DNA of 64,000 nucleotides, taken from an uncultured Actinomycetes bacterium (lineage in GTDB: Bacteria > Actinomycetota > Acidimicrobiia > IMCC26256 > DASPTH01). The position numbers were made by a program, and so were the translations under genes. Positions within the stretch are counted from its first letter, which is position 1. Every line of letters begins with the position of its first letter. A model generated the notes under the pieces. The model had not been told where the DNA came from. It searched no databases and saw nothing but the letters and a program-made list of their open reading frames with translations. Positions 36,432 to 48,049 of this stretch are shown here, piece by piece. Location of the stretch: contig CAWIHV010000003.1 of NCBI GenBank assembly GCA_963835985.1, positions 100,006 to 164,005 on the forward strand, in the 5' to 3' direction.

Positions 36432-37559
36432 CGGTCGTTCCCGAGATCGAGGAGGCGGCGGGCGATGATGTTGCGCTGGATCTCGGAGCTCCCGCCATAG
36501 ATCGACGCCGCACGCGAGTACAGGAACTCGCTGCGCCAACGCGCGCCGTCGACGTCGTCGCCGAGCACGATCGCCTCCGGGAGCGCGTCGCCGACGAGGT
36601 CGAACACCGCTTGCTCCGACGACGCCAGCAGCACCTTGTCGATCGAGGTCTCCACGCCGAGCGTCTCTCCCGCCGCCATGCGGTGGACGGTGGACCGCGA
36701 GCGGGCGCGGAACGCGTAGACGAGCTGGGTGACCTCGCCGAGCTTCGCGGGGTCGACCAGCCCGGCGTCGGCCAGCTCGAGCATCTCGGCGAGCCGGCGG
36801 TGCAGGAACGCGGCGCGCTGCCAGAGCGACGTGCTGCGCTCGTACGGCAGGAGGTCCATGGCGAACGCCCAGCCGTCGCCCTCGTGGCCGAGGGTGCGCT
36901 CGAACGGCACCAGCACGTCGTCGAAGAACACCTCGCAGAACTCGGGCTCGCCGTGCATGGTCTCGATCTCTCGCGGCGTGATGCCCGGCGTGTCCATGTC
37001 GACGAACAACGCTGTGATGCCCCGGTGCGCCGACTCGACCGTCCCGCTGCGCGTCAGCAGCACGCACCGCTGCGCGTACTGGGCCAAGCTCGTCCACACC
37101 TTCTGACCGGTGACCCGCCAACCGTCGTCGGTGCGTACCGCTTTGCAGGTGAGCGCGCCCAGGTTGCTGCCGGTGCTGGGCTCGGAGAACCCCTGGCACC
37201 ACACCTCGTCGCCGCGCAGCAACGGCGGCAGCATCGTGGCCGACAGCTCGGGCGGAGCGAACGTGATGAACGACGGGCCGAGCACCTCCGGCATCGAGTA
37301 GATGCCTGCAAGCACGATCCCGCGGACGGTGACCGCTTCGCTCAGGTAGGCGCGCAGCAGCGACGAGCCGCCCGAGGCCGCCGACGCGCTCGGGCCAGCC
37401 CCAACGCGCCCACCCGGCATCGAACGTCAGACGCCGGACCTTGGCGATCTGCGCCATGTGGTCCTCGAGCGTGGCGAGCCCGGTGTGCTCGGGAGCGAGC
37501 TCGTCGGCGTGCTCGTCGAGCCAGACGTCGAGCTCGCGGCGGAACTGGTCGAGCTCCAC
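36428..37559 (-). pseudogene. Acyl-CoA dehydrogenase large subunit; one frame break near 37380
   Basis: GTG at 37559 (VELDQFRRELDVWL..). Motifs further on: WCQGFSEPSTGSNLGAL, GQKVWTSLAQYA and IYGGSSEIQRNIIARRLL. Confidence 0.85.
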
Positions 37560-37653
37560 CGTGACGTCAGCCGGCGAGCCACGCGGCGCTCGGCGCAGAA
37601 CTCGAGCACGGTCATGCGGTCATCGTGGCACACCGACCGGGTGGCGCCTCCGC

Positions 37654-38409
37654 TCAGGGCAGGTGGCGGGCGAGGTCGTCGGCCTGCGCGACGAAGAACG
37701 GTGCGGCGAACAACCCGACCACTCCGGGATCGGCCCACCGCTGCTCGAGCACCGGCCGCAGCCGGCCCGCGACCGCGACCGGGTCGTCGTCGAGGAACAG
37801 GTAGGTGAGCTGGTCGCCGGGCTGGGCGAGGGTGTACTCGGCCGGCACACCGGTCGCGGTCGGTGCCCACCACGCGCCGGCGACCCCGTCGACGTCGACC
37901 AACGGCGTGGCCGACGCGGTGCCGTGCTCGATCAGGAGGTACACACCGGTCGCCGGCCACCACGGCAGCACGTCGGCGCCGACCTTGGCGTCGGGCGCAG
38001 CGGCGCGGCCGGCGAACGCGTACACACCACGCTCCACCGCCGGGAGGAGCTCGGGGATGCGACCGACCTTGCCCAGCTCGCGCCCAAGGTCGTGGAACGG
38101 CTTCAGTCCTGACGGGTCGGAGAAGAAGTAGTTCATGACGTGGTCGGTGGCGTCGAAGCGCTCGTCGCTCGCGGCACGGGCGGCGCGGCACTCCGGGGTC
38201 GAGACCAGGCGCAGCGAACCGCGGATGGTCTCGAGCCGGTACTGCTCCGGCCGGTGGTCGAAGAAGTGCCAGCGCAGGTAGTCGACGTCGCGACCTTCGG
38301 GGTGGCGCGTCGACATCGACACGTACACGAGGTCGGCCACCGCGCCGCCGAGCGCGAGCACGTCGTCAGCATCGTCGGACGGGGTTCCCGGGAGATTGCG
38401 TGTGGTCAT
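37654..38409 (-). CDS. Hypothetical protein (251 aa)
   Basis: Intact ORF with GC3-rich codons. No family recognised. Confidence 0.65.
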   Translation of the reverse strand: MTTRNLPGTPSDDADDVLALGGAVADLVYVSMSTRHPEGRDVDYLRWHFFDHRPEQYRLETIRGSLRLVSTPECRAARAASDERFDATDHVMNYFFSDPSGLKPFHDLGRELGKVGRIPELLPAVERGVYAFAGRAAAPDAKVGADVLPWWPATGVYLLIEHGTASATPLVDVDGVAGAWWAPTATGVPAEYTLAQPGDQLTYLFLDDDPVAVAGRLRPVLEQRWADPGVVGLFAAPFFVAQADDLARHLP

Positions 38410-38433
38410 GGGCGCATCATCGCCCGGGTGGCG

Positions 38434-39574
38434 TCAGAGGTTCCAGACGCGCGCCGCATTGCCGCTGACCACGAGCTCGCGTTCGCGCGGATCGACGCCC
38501 TCGAACATCTTGTCGACCAGCTCGTGCGAGTGCGGCCAGCTCGACACCGGGTGCGGGTAGTCGGACGACCACATGATGTTCTCGATGCCGAGGCACTCGT
38601 GCGCGTGGCGCACCGCGTGCGGCTCGTCGATGAACGTGAGGAACACGTTCTGGCGCAGGTAGTGGCTCGGGAGCTCGGTGATCGCCGGGAAGTCGTAGCC
38701 CTGGCGTTGCGTCAGATCGTCGGCGATGTACGCCCACCACGGCACCCACCCGAGTCCGGGCTCCACGAACACCACCTTGAGGCGCGGGAACCGCTCGAAC
38801 ACGCCGCCCATGATCCACATGCCGAGCGCCTCGGCGGCGGACAGCGCGACCATCGGCACGAAGATCCCCTTCTGCGGCGTGGGATCGCGAAGGGCGAGAC
38901 CGTCGAGCTGCGTGTTCATGCCGATGTGGCAGCAGATCGGCAGCCCGGTGTCCTGGATCGCCGCGAACAAGCGGTGCGTAGCGGTCGTCCCAGTAGTCGG
39001 GCACACCGAGCTCGGCCGGGTACACCGGCAGCTGCAGCGACTTGCAGCCCACCGACGCCGCCCACTGCACCTCGGCCACCGCGGCATCGATGTCGTGGAT
39101 CGGGATCTGGTACGACACGATCAGCCGCTTCGGATCGGCGGCGGCGAAGTCGCCCAGCGTCTCGTTGAACGCGCGCGTCGCCTCGCGCCAACCGTCGTCG
39201 ATCAGGTAGAGGTACCGGAACGAGCTGACCTCGCAGTAGTTCACCGACGCTTCGACGCCGTCGTCGTCCATGTCGGCGAGGCGCGCCGCAGCTTCGGCGT
39301 GACCCGGACGTCCGCTCGCTTCGTGACGCCGGTTCTTGCCCATCCCCACGTCGGGATCGGGACCGAGGCCCTGTTGGTCGCGCCACTGCGTGTTGGCCGC
39401 CACCGACGCGGTGCTCCCCATCGACGCGCGGAAGCGACCGAGCCCGGCGTCGTAGTCGTCGTGGAACTTCGCCGCCAGGTGCTGCTTCACCAGGTCGTGC
39501 GAGACGTCGACGTGGTCGTCGGCGGAGATCAGGCGTTCGGGGCTCACGGACTCGGCTGACATGGCGGTCGGCAT
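38434..39574 (-). pseudogene. Amidohydrolase-2 family protein, paralog 3; one frame break near 38975
   Basis: LISADDHVDV.., DMDDDGVEASV and SLQLPVYP.. continue in ORF 38434..39087 as LPICCHIGMN and MWSSDYPHPVSSW. The start is taken at ATG 39574 (GGAG 5 nt upstream), with an alternative at 39604. Confidence 0.8.
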
Positions 39575-39669
39575 GACGGCTCCACGGGTTCCGGGGTCGG
39601 ACATAGTGGATGCTATACGTAGGGGCTGACCTGCGCACGGTGCGTGCGAGAATGCTCTCGGAGGACGCC

Positions 39670-41255
<1,586 letters not shown>

Positions 41256-41319
41256 GCGTGAGCGAGCCGGCCAACCAATCGGATGGCCCGGCGAGCAGCG
41301 AACGCGTCATGGAGGCGGC

Positions 41320-41740
41320 GTGACCTGCCGGGTGCTGGTGGCCAAGATCGGGTTCGACGGCCACGACCGCGGCATCAAGGTCGTCGCCCGCACGCTGCGC
41401 GACGCGGGTATGGAGGTGATCTACGGCGGGCTGCGTCAGACGCCGGAGATGGTCGCAGCCACCGCGCGCGACGAGGACGTCGACGTGGTCGGCATCTCGA
41501 TGCACAACGGCGCGCACCTCACCATCGCGCCGCGGGTCGTCGCCGCGCTGCGCGACGCCGGTGCGCGCGCCGCGGTCGTCGTCGGCGGCATCGTCCCCGA
41601 ACCCGACATCGCCGTCCTGCACGACGCCGGCATCGCCGCGGTGCTCGGCCCTGGCGCCTCCGGCACCGAAGTCGTCGAGGCCGTCACCACCGCCTGCGAA
41701 CATGCGTCGAAGTACGGCGAATATCTCGCTCACTTCGACG
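41320..41740 (+). CDS. Methylmalonyl-CoA-mutase-family small subunit, B12-binding domain (3' end unresolved)
   Basis: RVLVAKIGFDGHDRGIKVVARTLRDAGMEVIY contains the DxHxxG cobalamin motif, followed by VDVVGISM. No stop occurs in any forward frame before 41789, so the end coordinate given is only the expected domain end. Confidence 0.7.
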
Positions 41741-41742
41741 CA
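41703..41742. repeat. Family 2 hairpin repeat, copy D (related to 33164..33206)
   Basis: TGCGTCGAAGT-18 nt-ACTTCGACGCA. The arms are identical to the outer part of copy C. It lies at the expected 3' end of the B12-binding gene and 16 nt from the convergent LLM stop. Confidence 0.55.
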
Positions 41743-41757
41743 GGAACGGGAGTGGGG

Positions 41758-42777
41758 TCAGGCGCTGGCCGACTTCAACGCGGCGATGAAGTCGGCGATG
41801 AGGTCGTCGCCGGCCTGGTAGAAGGGGAAGTAGGCGCACACGCGGTTCGAGTAGGGGCCGTAGCGCGCCACGATCTCCTCGGCAACCTGGTCGGGCGTCC
41901 CGTGCACGGCGATGGTCTGGATCATGTCCTCGGTGATGAGCGTCCCCATGGTCGCCCAGTCGCCCTGCTTCGACAGTCGGTTGAGCTCGGGCTGCAGCTC
42001 GCCCCAGCCGTGGACGTCGAGCACCGGCTTGTACGCCGGCGTCGACCCGTAGAACGCGAGCAGGTTGCGCACGCCCTTCGCGGCCTCGAGCTCTTCGTCG
42101 TTGCGTCCGACGCCGACGATCACCTCGACGATGACCTCGAGGTCGTCGCGCGTGCGCCCGGCCGTCGCGAGACCGCGGTCGATCGCGGGCATCGTCCGCT
42201 CGGCCATGTGCTCACCGCTGTTGAACGGCATGACGAGGATCCCGTCGGCCACCTCGGCCGCCATCTCGTTCATCTTCGGGCCGAGCGCACCCGCCAGGAT
42301 CGGCGCGATGCCGTGCGGGTTCGGCCCGGGGTTGAACGCCGGCGTCGACAGCGTGTGGCGGGTGTACTCGCCCTCGAACCGCAGCGGCGTGCCGTCCTGC
42401 CAGTGGTCGAGGATGGCCTTGATCGCCAGCACCCACTCGCGCATGTGCGCAACCGGGCGCCCGAACTCGCCGCCGAAGCGCTTCTCCACGTGCGCCTTCA
42501 CCTGGGTGCCGAGGCCGAGGCGGAACCGGCCACCCGACAGCTCCTGGAGGTCGTAGGCCGCGTTGGCCAGGTGCCACGGGCTGCGCGGGAACGCGATGGC
42601 GACGTTGGTCATCAGGTCGAGGTCGCACACCGGCGCCGCCGCGACCAGCGGGAAGAAGAGGTCGTGCGAATTCTCGAAGCTGAACACGCCGTCGACCCCG
42701 AGCGCCTGGAGCTCCGGGGCCCGCCGCGCCGCCTCCATCACTGATTGCGACAGCTGGACGTCCACCTGCATGGGCAT
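41758..42777 (-). CDS. LLM-class (luciferase-like) F420-dependent oxidoreductase
   Basis: Intact 339-aa ORF. GRFRLGLGTQVKAHVEKRFG and the overall TIM-barrel LLM pattern are typical of the actinobacterial F420-dependent subgroup. Confidence 0.88.
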   Translation of the reverse strand: MPMQVDVQLSQSVMEAARRAPELQALGVDGVFSFENSHDLFFPLVAAAPVCDLDLMTNVAIAFPRSPWHLANAAYDLQELSGGRFRLGLGTQVKAHVEKRFGGEFGRPVAHMREWVLAIKAILDHWQDGTPLRFEGEYTRHTLSTPAFNPGPNPHGIAPILAGALGPKMNEMAAEVADGILVMPFNSGEHMAERTMPAIDRGLATAGRTRDDLEVIVEVIVGVGRNDEELEAAKGVRNLLAFYGSTPAYKPVLDVHGWGELQPELNRLSKQGDWATMGTLITEDMIQTIAVHGTPDQVAEEIVARYGPYSNRVCAYFPFYQAGDDLIADFIAALKSASA

Positions 42778-42857
42778 GCGCGGGACCGTAGCGCGGAACC
42801 ACTTCAGCCCCCGCCGCTAGCGTGGAAACGCTCCCGAACGGACGAGGACGGATCGCC

Positions 42858-44085
42858 ATGCAGCCTGACGACCACTACGTGATCATCACCGCCGACAGCC
42901 ACGCCGGCGGGCAGCCACGCGCAGTACCGCGAGTTCCTCGACCCTGCGTACCGCGACGACTTCGACGCCTGGCGCGAGAAGTACAAGAACCCGTTCAAGG
43001 ACCTGAAGGACACCGACCTCCGCATCCGCAACTGGGACAGCGACCTGCGCGACGAGCAGCAGCACCGCGACGGCGTGGTCGGCGAGGTGATCTTCCCGAA
43101 CACCGTGCCGCCGTTCTTCCCGAGCTTCGTGCTCTTCGCCGAGCCGCCGCGCCCCGAGGACTACGAGCACCGCCACGCCGGCGTCCAGGCGCACAACCGC
43201 TGGCTCGCCCACTACTGCGCACAGAAGCCCGAAGCGCGGGCCGGCATCGGGCAGATCTTCCTCAACGACCTCGACGACGCCATCGCCGACGCGCAGTGGT
43301 GCAAGGAGAACGGCCTCCGCGGCGGTGTGCTCGTCGGCAACCCGCCCATCACCGCCGATTGGCTCAAGCCGATGTACGACCCGTACTACGACCCGCTCTG
43401 GGCCGCGTGCGAGGAGCTCGGCGTCGTGGTCAACACGCATTCGGGCACCGGCGGGCCGCGCTACCAGAAGGCGCCGGCGATGCCGATCGTGCACATCACC
43501 GAGATGATCTTCTACTCGCAGCGCCCGTTCGTGTACATGCTCGTCGGCGGTGTCTTCGAGCGCTTCCCGAACCTGAAGTTCGTGCTCACCGAGGCCGGCT
43601 GCTCGTGGGTGCCGACCGTGCTCGACCAGCTCGACGCGATGATGGGCATGCTGCGCACGGGTGGCACCGGCGAGATGCGCTTCGAGGGCGAGATCGTCCC
43701 CACCAAGAACGCGAGCGACTACTTCAAGCAGAACTGCCACATCGGCATGAGCCAGCCGCGTCCGTCCGACATCCGCGCCGCGCTCGGGCCGGTCGGCATC
43801 GACCGCGTGCTGTGGGGCAGCGACTACCCGCACGAGGAGGGCACGGAGCCGTTCACGCGCGAGCACCTGCGTCAGGTGATGAGCCACCTCGAGCCGGAGC
43901 AGATCCAGCAGATCGTCGGTGGCAACAGCGCTGAGCTCTACGGCTTCGACATGGAGGCGTTGCGTCCCGCAGCCGACAAGTACGGGCCGACGGTGGCCGA
44001 GATCGCGGAGCCGCTCGAGCAACTGCCCGAGGGTGCGAACGAGGCGCTGCTCCGGTCCGCTGGAGACCTCGCCCGGACCCGCTGA
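42858..44085 (+). pseudogene. Amidohydrolase-2 family protein, paralog 4; one frame break near 42910
   Basis: MQPDDHYVIITADSHAGG then switches to the frame of ORF 43075..44085 (..YREFLDPAYRDDFDAWREKYKNPFKDL.., NTHSGTG, LWGSDYPHEEGT). It aligns along its length with 31922..33148. Confidence 0.85.
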
Positions 44086-44086
44086 C

Positions 44087-45112
44087 ATGCGCATGCGGCT
44101 CGAGCCCGAGGACGATCTCTTCCACGCGCCCGACGACGACCAGAACTACAACGAGAGCCGCTACTACAACTTCTTCGACCCCGGTCCGGGACTGGGCGGC
44201 TGGATCCGGATGGGCAACCGGCCCAACGAGCAATACGCGGAGATGACCGTGTGCCTCTATCTGCCCGACGGGCGCGTGGGGTTCATGTTCAAGCGTCCGC
44301 ACATCAACGGTCACGTCGCGCACGACGCCGGCGGCCTGAAGTTCGACGTGATCGCGCCCTACGAGGAGCACCACGTCACCTACGACGGCAACGTGTGCGT
44401 GCTGGTGAACCCGCGCGAGATGGCGGACCCGGGCACCGCCTTCAAGACCAACCCGCACGAGGAGTGCTCGATCGACCTCCGCCTCACCGCGGCGTCGCAG
44501 CCGTCGGGTGGCGAGCCGATCTACGACGAGGGCGAGGAACCCCCGCCCGGCACCGCGCACGGCTTCGCCAAGGGGCACACCGAGCAGCAGATGGCGATCA
44601 CCGGCCTGGTGCAGGTGAACGGTGATCGGTTCGACCTCGACCGCGCCTTCGGGCTGCGCGACCACTCGTGGGGCCCGCGCGTCTGGCAGAGCATCTGGTG
44701 GTACCGGTGGGTCACCGCCAGCTTCGGTGGCCGGCTCGGTCTGGCGTGCACCGTGCGCGGCCACCACGACGATCCCGACCTGCGCAACGTCAACGGCTGG
44801 GTGTTCGACCTCGACCGCTACGGCGACGGCCGGGTGGTGAAGGTGCGCGACATGCAGCTCACCTCCGACTACGACGACGAGTGGTACGTGCGGCGCAGCG
44901 ACGTCGTCATCACCACCGACGACCATGCGTACGAGCTCCACGGCGAGGTGTCGTCCAGCATCCCGTTGCGCAACCGCCGCGACGGGATGGTCACGCGCCT
45001 CACCGAAGGGATGACGCGCTGGACGTGCGCCGACCGTGAGGGCGCGGGGCTGTCGGAGTACCTCGACCAGGTCGTCGATGACGTCCCCGTCGGCACCACC
45101 GTCGGTCTCTGA
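44087..45112 (+). CDS. Hypothetical protein (341 aa)
   Basis: The ATG lies 1 nt after the preceding stop. The ORF is intact and W/Y/D-rich (NYNESRYYNFFDP.., DHSWGPRVWQSIWWYRW). No family securely recognised. Confidence 0.7.
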   Translation: MRMRLEPEDDLFHAPDDDQNYNESRYYNFFDPGPGLGGWIRMGNRPNEQYAEMTVCLYLPDGRVGFMFKRPHINGHVAHDAGGLKFDVIAPYEEHHVTYDGNVCVLVNPREMADPGTAFKTNPHEECSIDLRLTAASQPSGGEPIYDEGEEPPPGTAHGFAKGHTEQQMAITGLVQVNGDRFDLDRAFGLRDHSWGPRVWQSIWWYRWVTASFGGRLGLACTVRGHHDDPDLRNVNGWVFDLDRYGDGRVVKVRDMQLTSDYDDEWYVRRSDVVITTDDHAYELHGEVSSSIPLRNRRDGMVTRLTEGMTRWTCADREGAGLSEYLDQVVDDVPVGTTVGL

Positions 45113-46364
45113 CGGTCTCGCCGCCGCGCTCGCGCCCGTGTTGGGCGCGCCGGTCGAGGTCACCGAGCTCCACAAGCTGACCGGCGGCGCGTCGCGTGAG
45201 ACGTGGTCGTTCACCGCGGGCGGCGAGGCGCTGATCCTGCGGCGCGATCCACCGCTGCGTCCCGGTCACCCCGGGACGATGCGACGCGAGGCCGACGTCA
45301 TGCGCGCGTGCACGCGCGCGGGTCTGCGCGCGCCCGAGGTGCTCCTCGACGACGACGGCGCCCATCTCGGCACGCCAGGTCTCGTCATGCGCTGCGTCCC
45401 GGGCGAGACCATCGCCCGTCGCATCCTGCGCGACGACGAGTACGCGGCCGCGCGCCGAGTGTTGGTGTCGCAGCTCGCGGAGTTCCTCGCCGGCTTGCAC
45501 GCGATCGATCCGGCTGAGGTGCCCGGGACCGAGAGCCCGGATCCGATGGCGATCTGGGACAAGTACCAGCGGCTCGACCAGCGCAGCCCCGTGTTCGACC
45601 GAACGCACGAGTGGTTGCTCGCCCATCGCCCGCCGCACTCCGCCGACGCGCTCATCCACGGCGACCTCCGTATGGGCAACGTGATCGTCGACCCCGACGG
45701 CTTGGCCGCGGTCATCGACTGGGAGCTGATCCACCGGGGTGATCCGCACGAGGACCTCGCGTGGTTGTGCCTCAAGGCCTGGCGCTTCGGTCAACCGCTC
45801 GAGGTCGGCGGCCTCGGCTCCCTCGACGAGTTGATCGCCGCCTACGAGGCCGCGGGTGGCCACGCCATCGACCGCGACACGCTGCGCTGGTGGCTGGTCG
45901 CCAAGACCCTCACCTGGGGCGTGGGGTGCATGCTGCAGGCCGACACGCACCTGTCCGGTCGCGTCCGCTCGGTCGACCTCGCCGCGGTGGGCCGTCGCAC
46001 CGCGGAGCAGGAGTGGGACCTGATCGAGTTGCTCGCGCCCGACGCGTGCGCGGCCGCGATCGCGGCGCCGCCTGCGCCGACGCGTCCCGACGACGACGAG
46101 CGCTACGGACGACCGACCGCGCGCGAGCTGCTCGACACCGTGCGCGAGTTCCTCGCCGAGCGCGTCGCGCCCGAGGCAGACCGCGGCGTCGCGTACGAAG
46201 CGCGCGTCGCCGCCAACGTGCTGGCGATCGTCGAGCGCGAGCTCGCGCAGGCACCCGTCGAGCGGGTGGGTGACGACTGGGAGACGTTGGCGCTGATCGT
46301 GCGTGACCGGCTCGTGGTCGCGAGCCCGAAGCACCTTTCGCTGCCGCCGACGCTGGGAACCTGA
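45078..46364 (+). CDS. Phosphotransferase (APH/choline-kinase-like) family protein
   Basis: The Brenner motif LIHGDLRMGNVIVD and the downstream VIDWE are present. The ORF is intact. The start at ATG 45078 overlaps the upstream gene by 35 nt. Confidence 0.8.
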   Translation: MTSPSAPPSVSDGLAAALAPVLGAPVEVTELHKLTGGASRETWSFTAGGEALILRRDPPLRPGHPGTMRREADVMRACTRAGLRAPEVLLDDDGAHLGTPGLVMRCVPGETIARRILRDDEYAAARRVLVSQLAEFLAGLHAIDPAEVPGTESPDPMAIWDKYQRLDQRSPVFDRTHEWLLAHRPPHSADALIHGDLRMGNVIVDPDGLAAVIDWELIHRGDPHEDLAWLCLKAWRFGQPLEVGGLGSLDELIAAYEAAGGHAIDRDTLRWWLVAKTLTWGVGCMLQADTHLSGRVRSVDLAAVGRRTAEQEWDLIELLAPDACAAAIAAPPAPTRPDDDERYGRPTARELLDTVREFLAERVAPEADRGVAYEARVAANVLAIVERELAQAPVERVGDDWETLALIVRDRLVVASPKHLSLPPTLGT

Positions 46365-46365
46365 C

Positions 46366-47389
46366 TCAGGTGCGGGCGAGCTCCTTGGCGAAGCCGACGC
46401 TTTCGTAGAGGGCGCGGATCTCGGCCTTGGCCTGGTTGGGGAGGATCCCCTGCGGCGGCCGGGAGTGCGGGTAGTCCCCCATCGGCAGTCCCAGGGTCGC
46501 GGCCGAGCAGCGGTACGCCTCGCCCCAGTGGGTGAAGTAGTCGGGCCGACCGGGGTGGGTGCAGTACCAACGCGCCACGCCGTAGATGATGGTGTCGAGC
46601 TGCGACTCGCGTGAGTACGCGATCGCTTCGGGGATGCGGCCCTCCCACAGGAGGTTCCAGTACTCGGTGAGGATCTTCCGCTCGGGGATCTCGTGCAGGT
46701 ACCCAGCGGTGCCGAGCTGCGCGGGACCGACGATGCCTTCCTGCAACCACCCCGCGCGATACACGAGGAAGTCGCACTCCCAGATCACGACCTCGGGCGC
46801 GAGCGCATGCAGTGCACCACTGCGCCAGTGCTCCATCGTGCCTTCCTTGGTCGCGCACACCGCGGGGATCGCGTTGGCGATGGCGGCCGAGTCCTCGGGT
46901 GTCAGCACGTAGCCCGACGACGGCGAATTGAACATCCCGAGCGCGATGTCCGTGCGGTCTGCCACGTACTGGAAGAACCGCAGCACGCCCTCGCCTCCGT
47001 GCACTTCCATCGGCGGCGTCTGGAGGTAGCAGATGTCGGCGCCGGCGGCCTCGGCGTGCTGGGTGAGCTCGACGCAGTCCTTGGCCGACGCCGCGCTCGT
47101 GCACGCTTGGATCACGACGTCGGGGTTCACCGCGCGCGCTTCCTCGATCGCGTACTCCACCAGCTTCTTGCGCTCGTCCTTGGTCAGCGACCACCACTCG
47201 GCGATCCCGCTCGTGAGCCAGAGCATCGAGTGGCCGAGATCGCCGACGCAGTAGCGCACCGAGCGCGCGGTACGCGTCGTAGTCGATGTCGTCGCCGTCG
47301 GTGCCGCTGAACGGCGTGTACAGCGAGTCGCCGATCCCGTGCAGCCCGCCCTTGGCGGCCCATTCCTTGGCATCTCGTGCTGACGGCAT
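46366..47389 (-). pseudogene. Dihydrodipicolinate-synthase/N-acetylneuraminate-lyase (DapA) family protein; one frame break near 47265
   Basis: MPSARDAKEWAAKGGLHGIGDSLYTPFSGTDGDDIDYDAYRA (ORF 46103..47389) continues in ORF 46366..47613 as GHSMLWLTSGIAEWWSLTKDERKKLVE... GAGAGGAG lies before the ATG. Confidence 0.75.
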
Positions 47390-47455
47390 GCGCGCTCCTC
47401 TCGACGGTCTGGTCGTGGCGGTGTCCGGACACTAGCCGGACGGCTTGGATCTGTC

Positions 47456-47467
47456 AGCCGATCGGCT
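47456..47467. promoter_or_regulatory. Perfect 12-bp palindrome AGCCGATCGGCT upstream of the TetR gene (candidate operator)
   Basis: It lies in the 80-bp divergent region between 47389 and 47471/47480. Flanking CTAGCCG...CGGCTAG arms are also present. Confidence 0.35.
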
Positions 47468-47470
47468 AGC

Positions 47471-48049
47471 GTGCGCGCCATGACGCAGGTGGCGACCCCG
47501 GAAGCGGGGTCGATGGAGACCCGCATCGTCGGTGTCGCCGTCGACCTGTTCACCGAGTTTGGCATCGACGCCACGTCGCTGCAGATGATCGCCGACGCCC
47601 TCGGCGTCACCAAGGGCGCGGTCTACTACCACTTCAAGACCAAGCACGAGATCGTCCTCGCGGTGTGCGCCGATTCGTTCGACGCGCTGGAAGCCGCGGT
47701 GGCAGAGGCGGAGACGATCGAGTCGGTCACGTCTCGGGCGCGTGCGCTCGAGCGCTTGGTGCCTCGCATCGTCTCGCTCGCCGTCGAATCGCGCAGCGTC
47801 TTCAGCAAGCTCCGGTTCGACCCGGTGATGGTCCGGCTCATGGCCGACGACGCCCGCTACGACCACCTCCTCACGCGCCTCGACCTGCTGTTGAGCGGCG
47901 ACGCCCCCGACCCCGAGGCGCGAGTGCGGACCGCAGCCGCGATCTCCACGCTCGCGGGTACACCGGTGCACCACCTCACGGCCGACCTCGACGACGAGGT
48001 GCTGCGGGCCCACCTCACCGCCGTACTCCAGGAGATCGTGAACCCATGA
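47471..48049 (+). CDS. TetR-family transcriptional regulator
   Basis: HTH SLQMIADALGVTKGAVYYHFKTKHEIV. An alternative ATG is at 47480. The stop overlaps the P450 start (ATGA). Confidence 0.9.
   Translation: MRAMTQVATPEAGSMETRIVGVAVDLFTEFGIDATSLQMIADALGVTKGAVYYHFKTKHEIVLAVCADSFDALEAAVAEAETIESVTSRARALERLVPRIVSLAVESRSVFSKLRFDPVMVRLMADDARYDHLLTRLDLLLSGDAPDPEARVRTAAAISTLAGTPVHHLTADLDDEVLRAHLTAVLQEIVNP

Noticed and set aside
39575-39669. A cobalamin riboswitch upstream of the B12-dependent mutase genes, and likewise a TPP riboswitch upstream of dxs.
   Set aside because: The available leaders are under 100 nt, which is too short for those aptamers. I did not recognise the conserved core sequences. 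I could not run a covariance-model scan.
41741-42744. The long continuation of the B12-binding subunit ORF (41320..42744, 474 aa).
   Set aside because: Beyond about residue 140 it is antisense to a well-supported LLM oxidoreductase gene and has shadow-ORF composition. It is not a real fusion.
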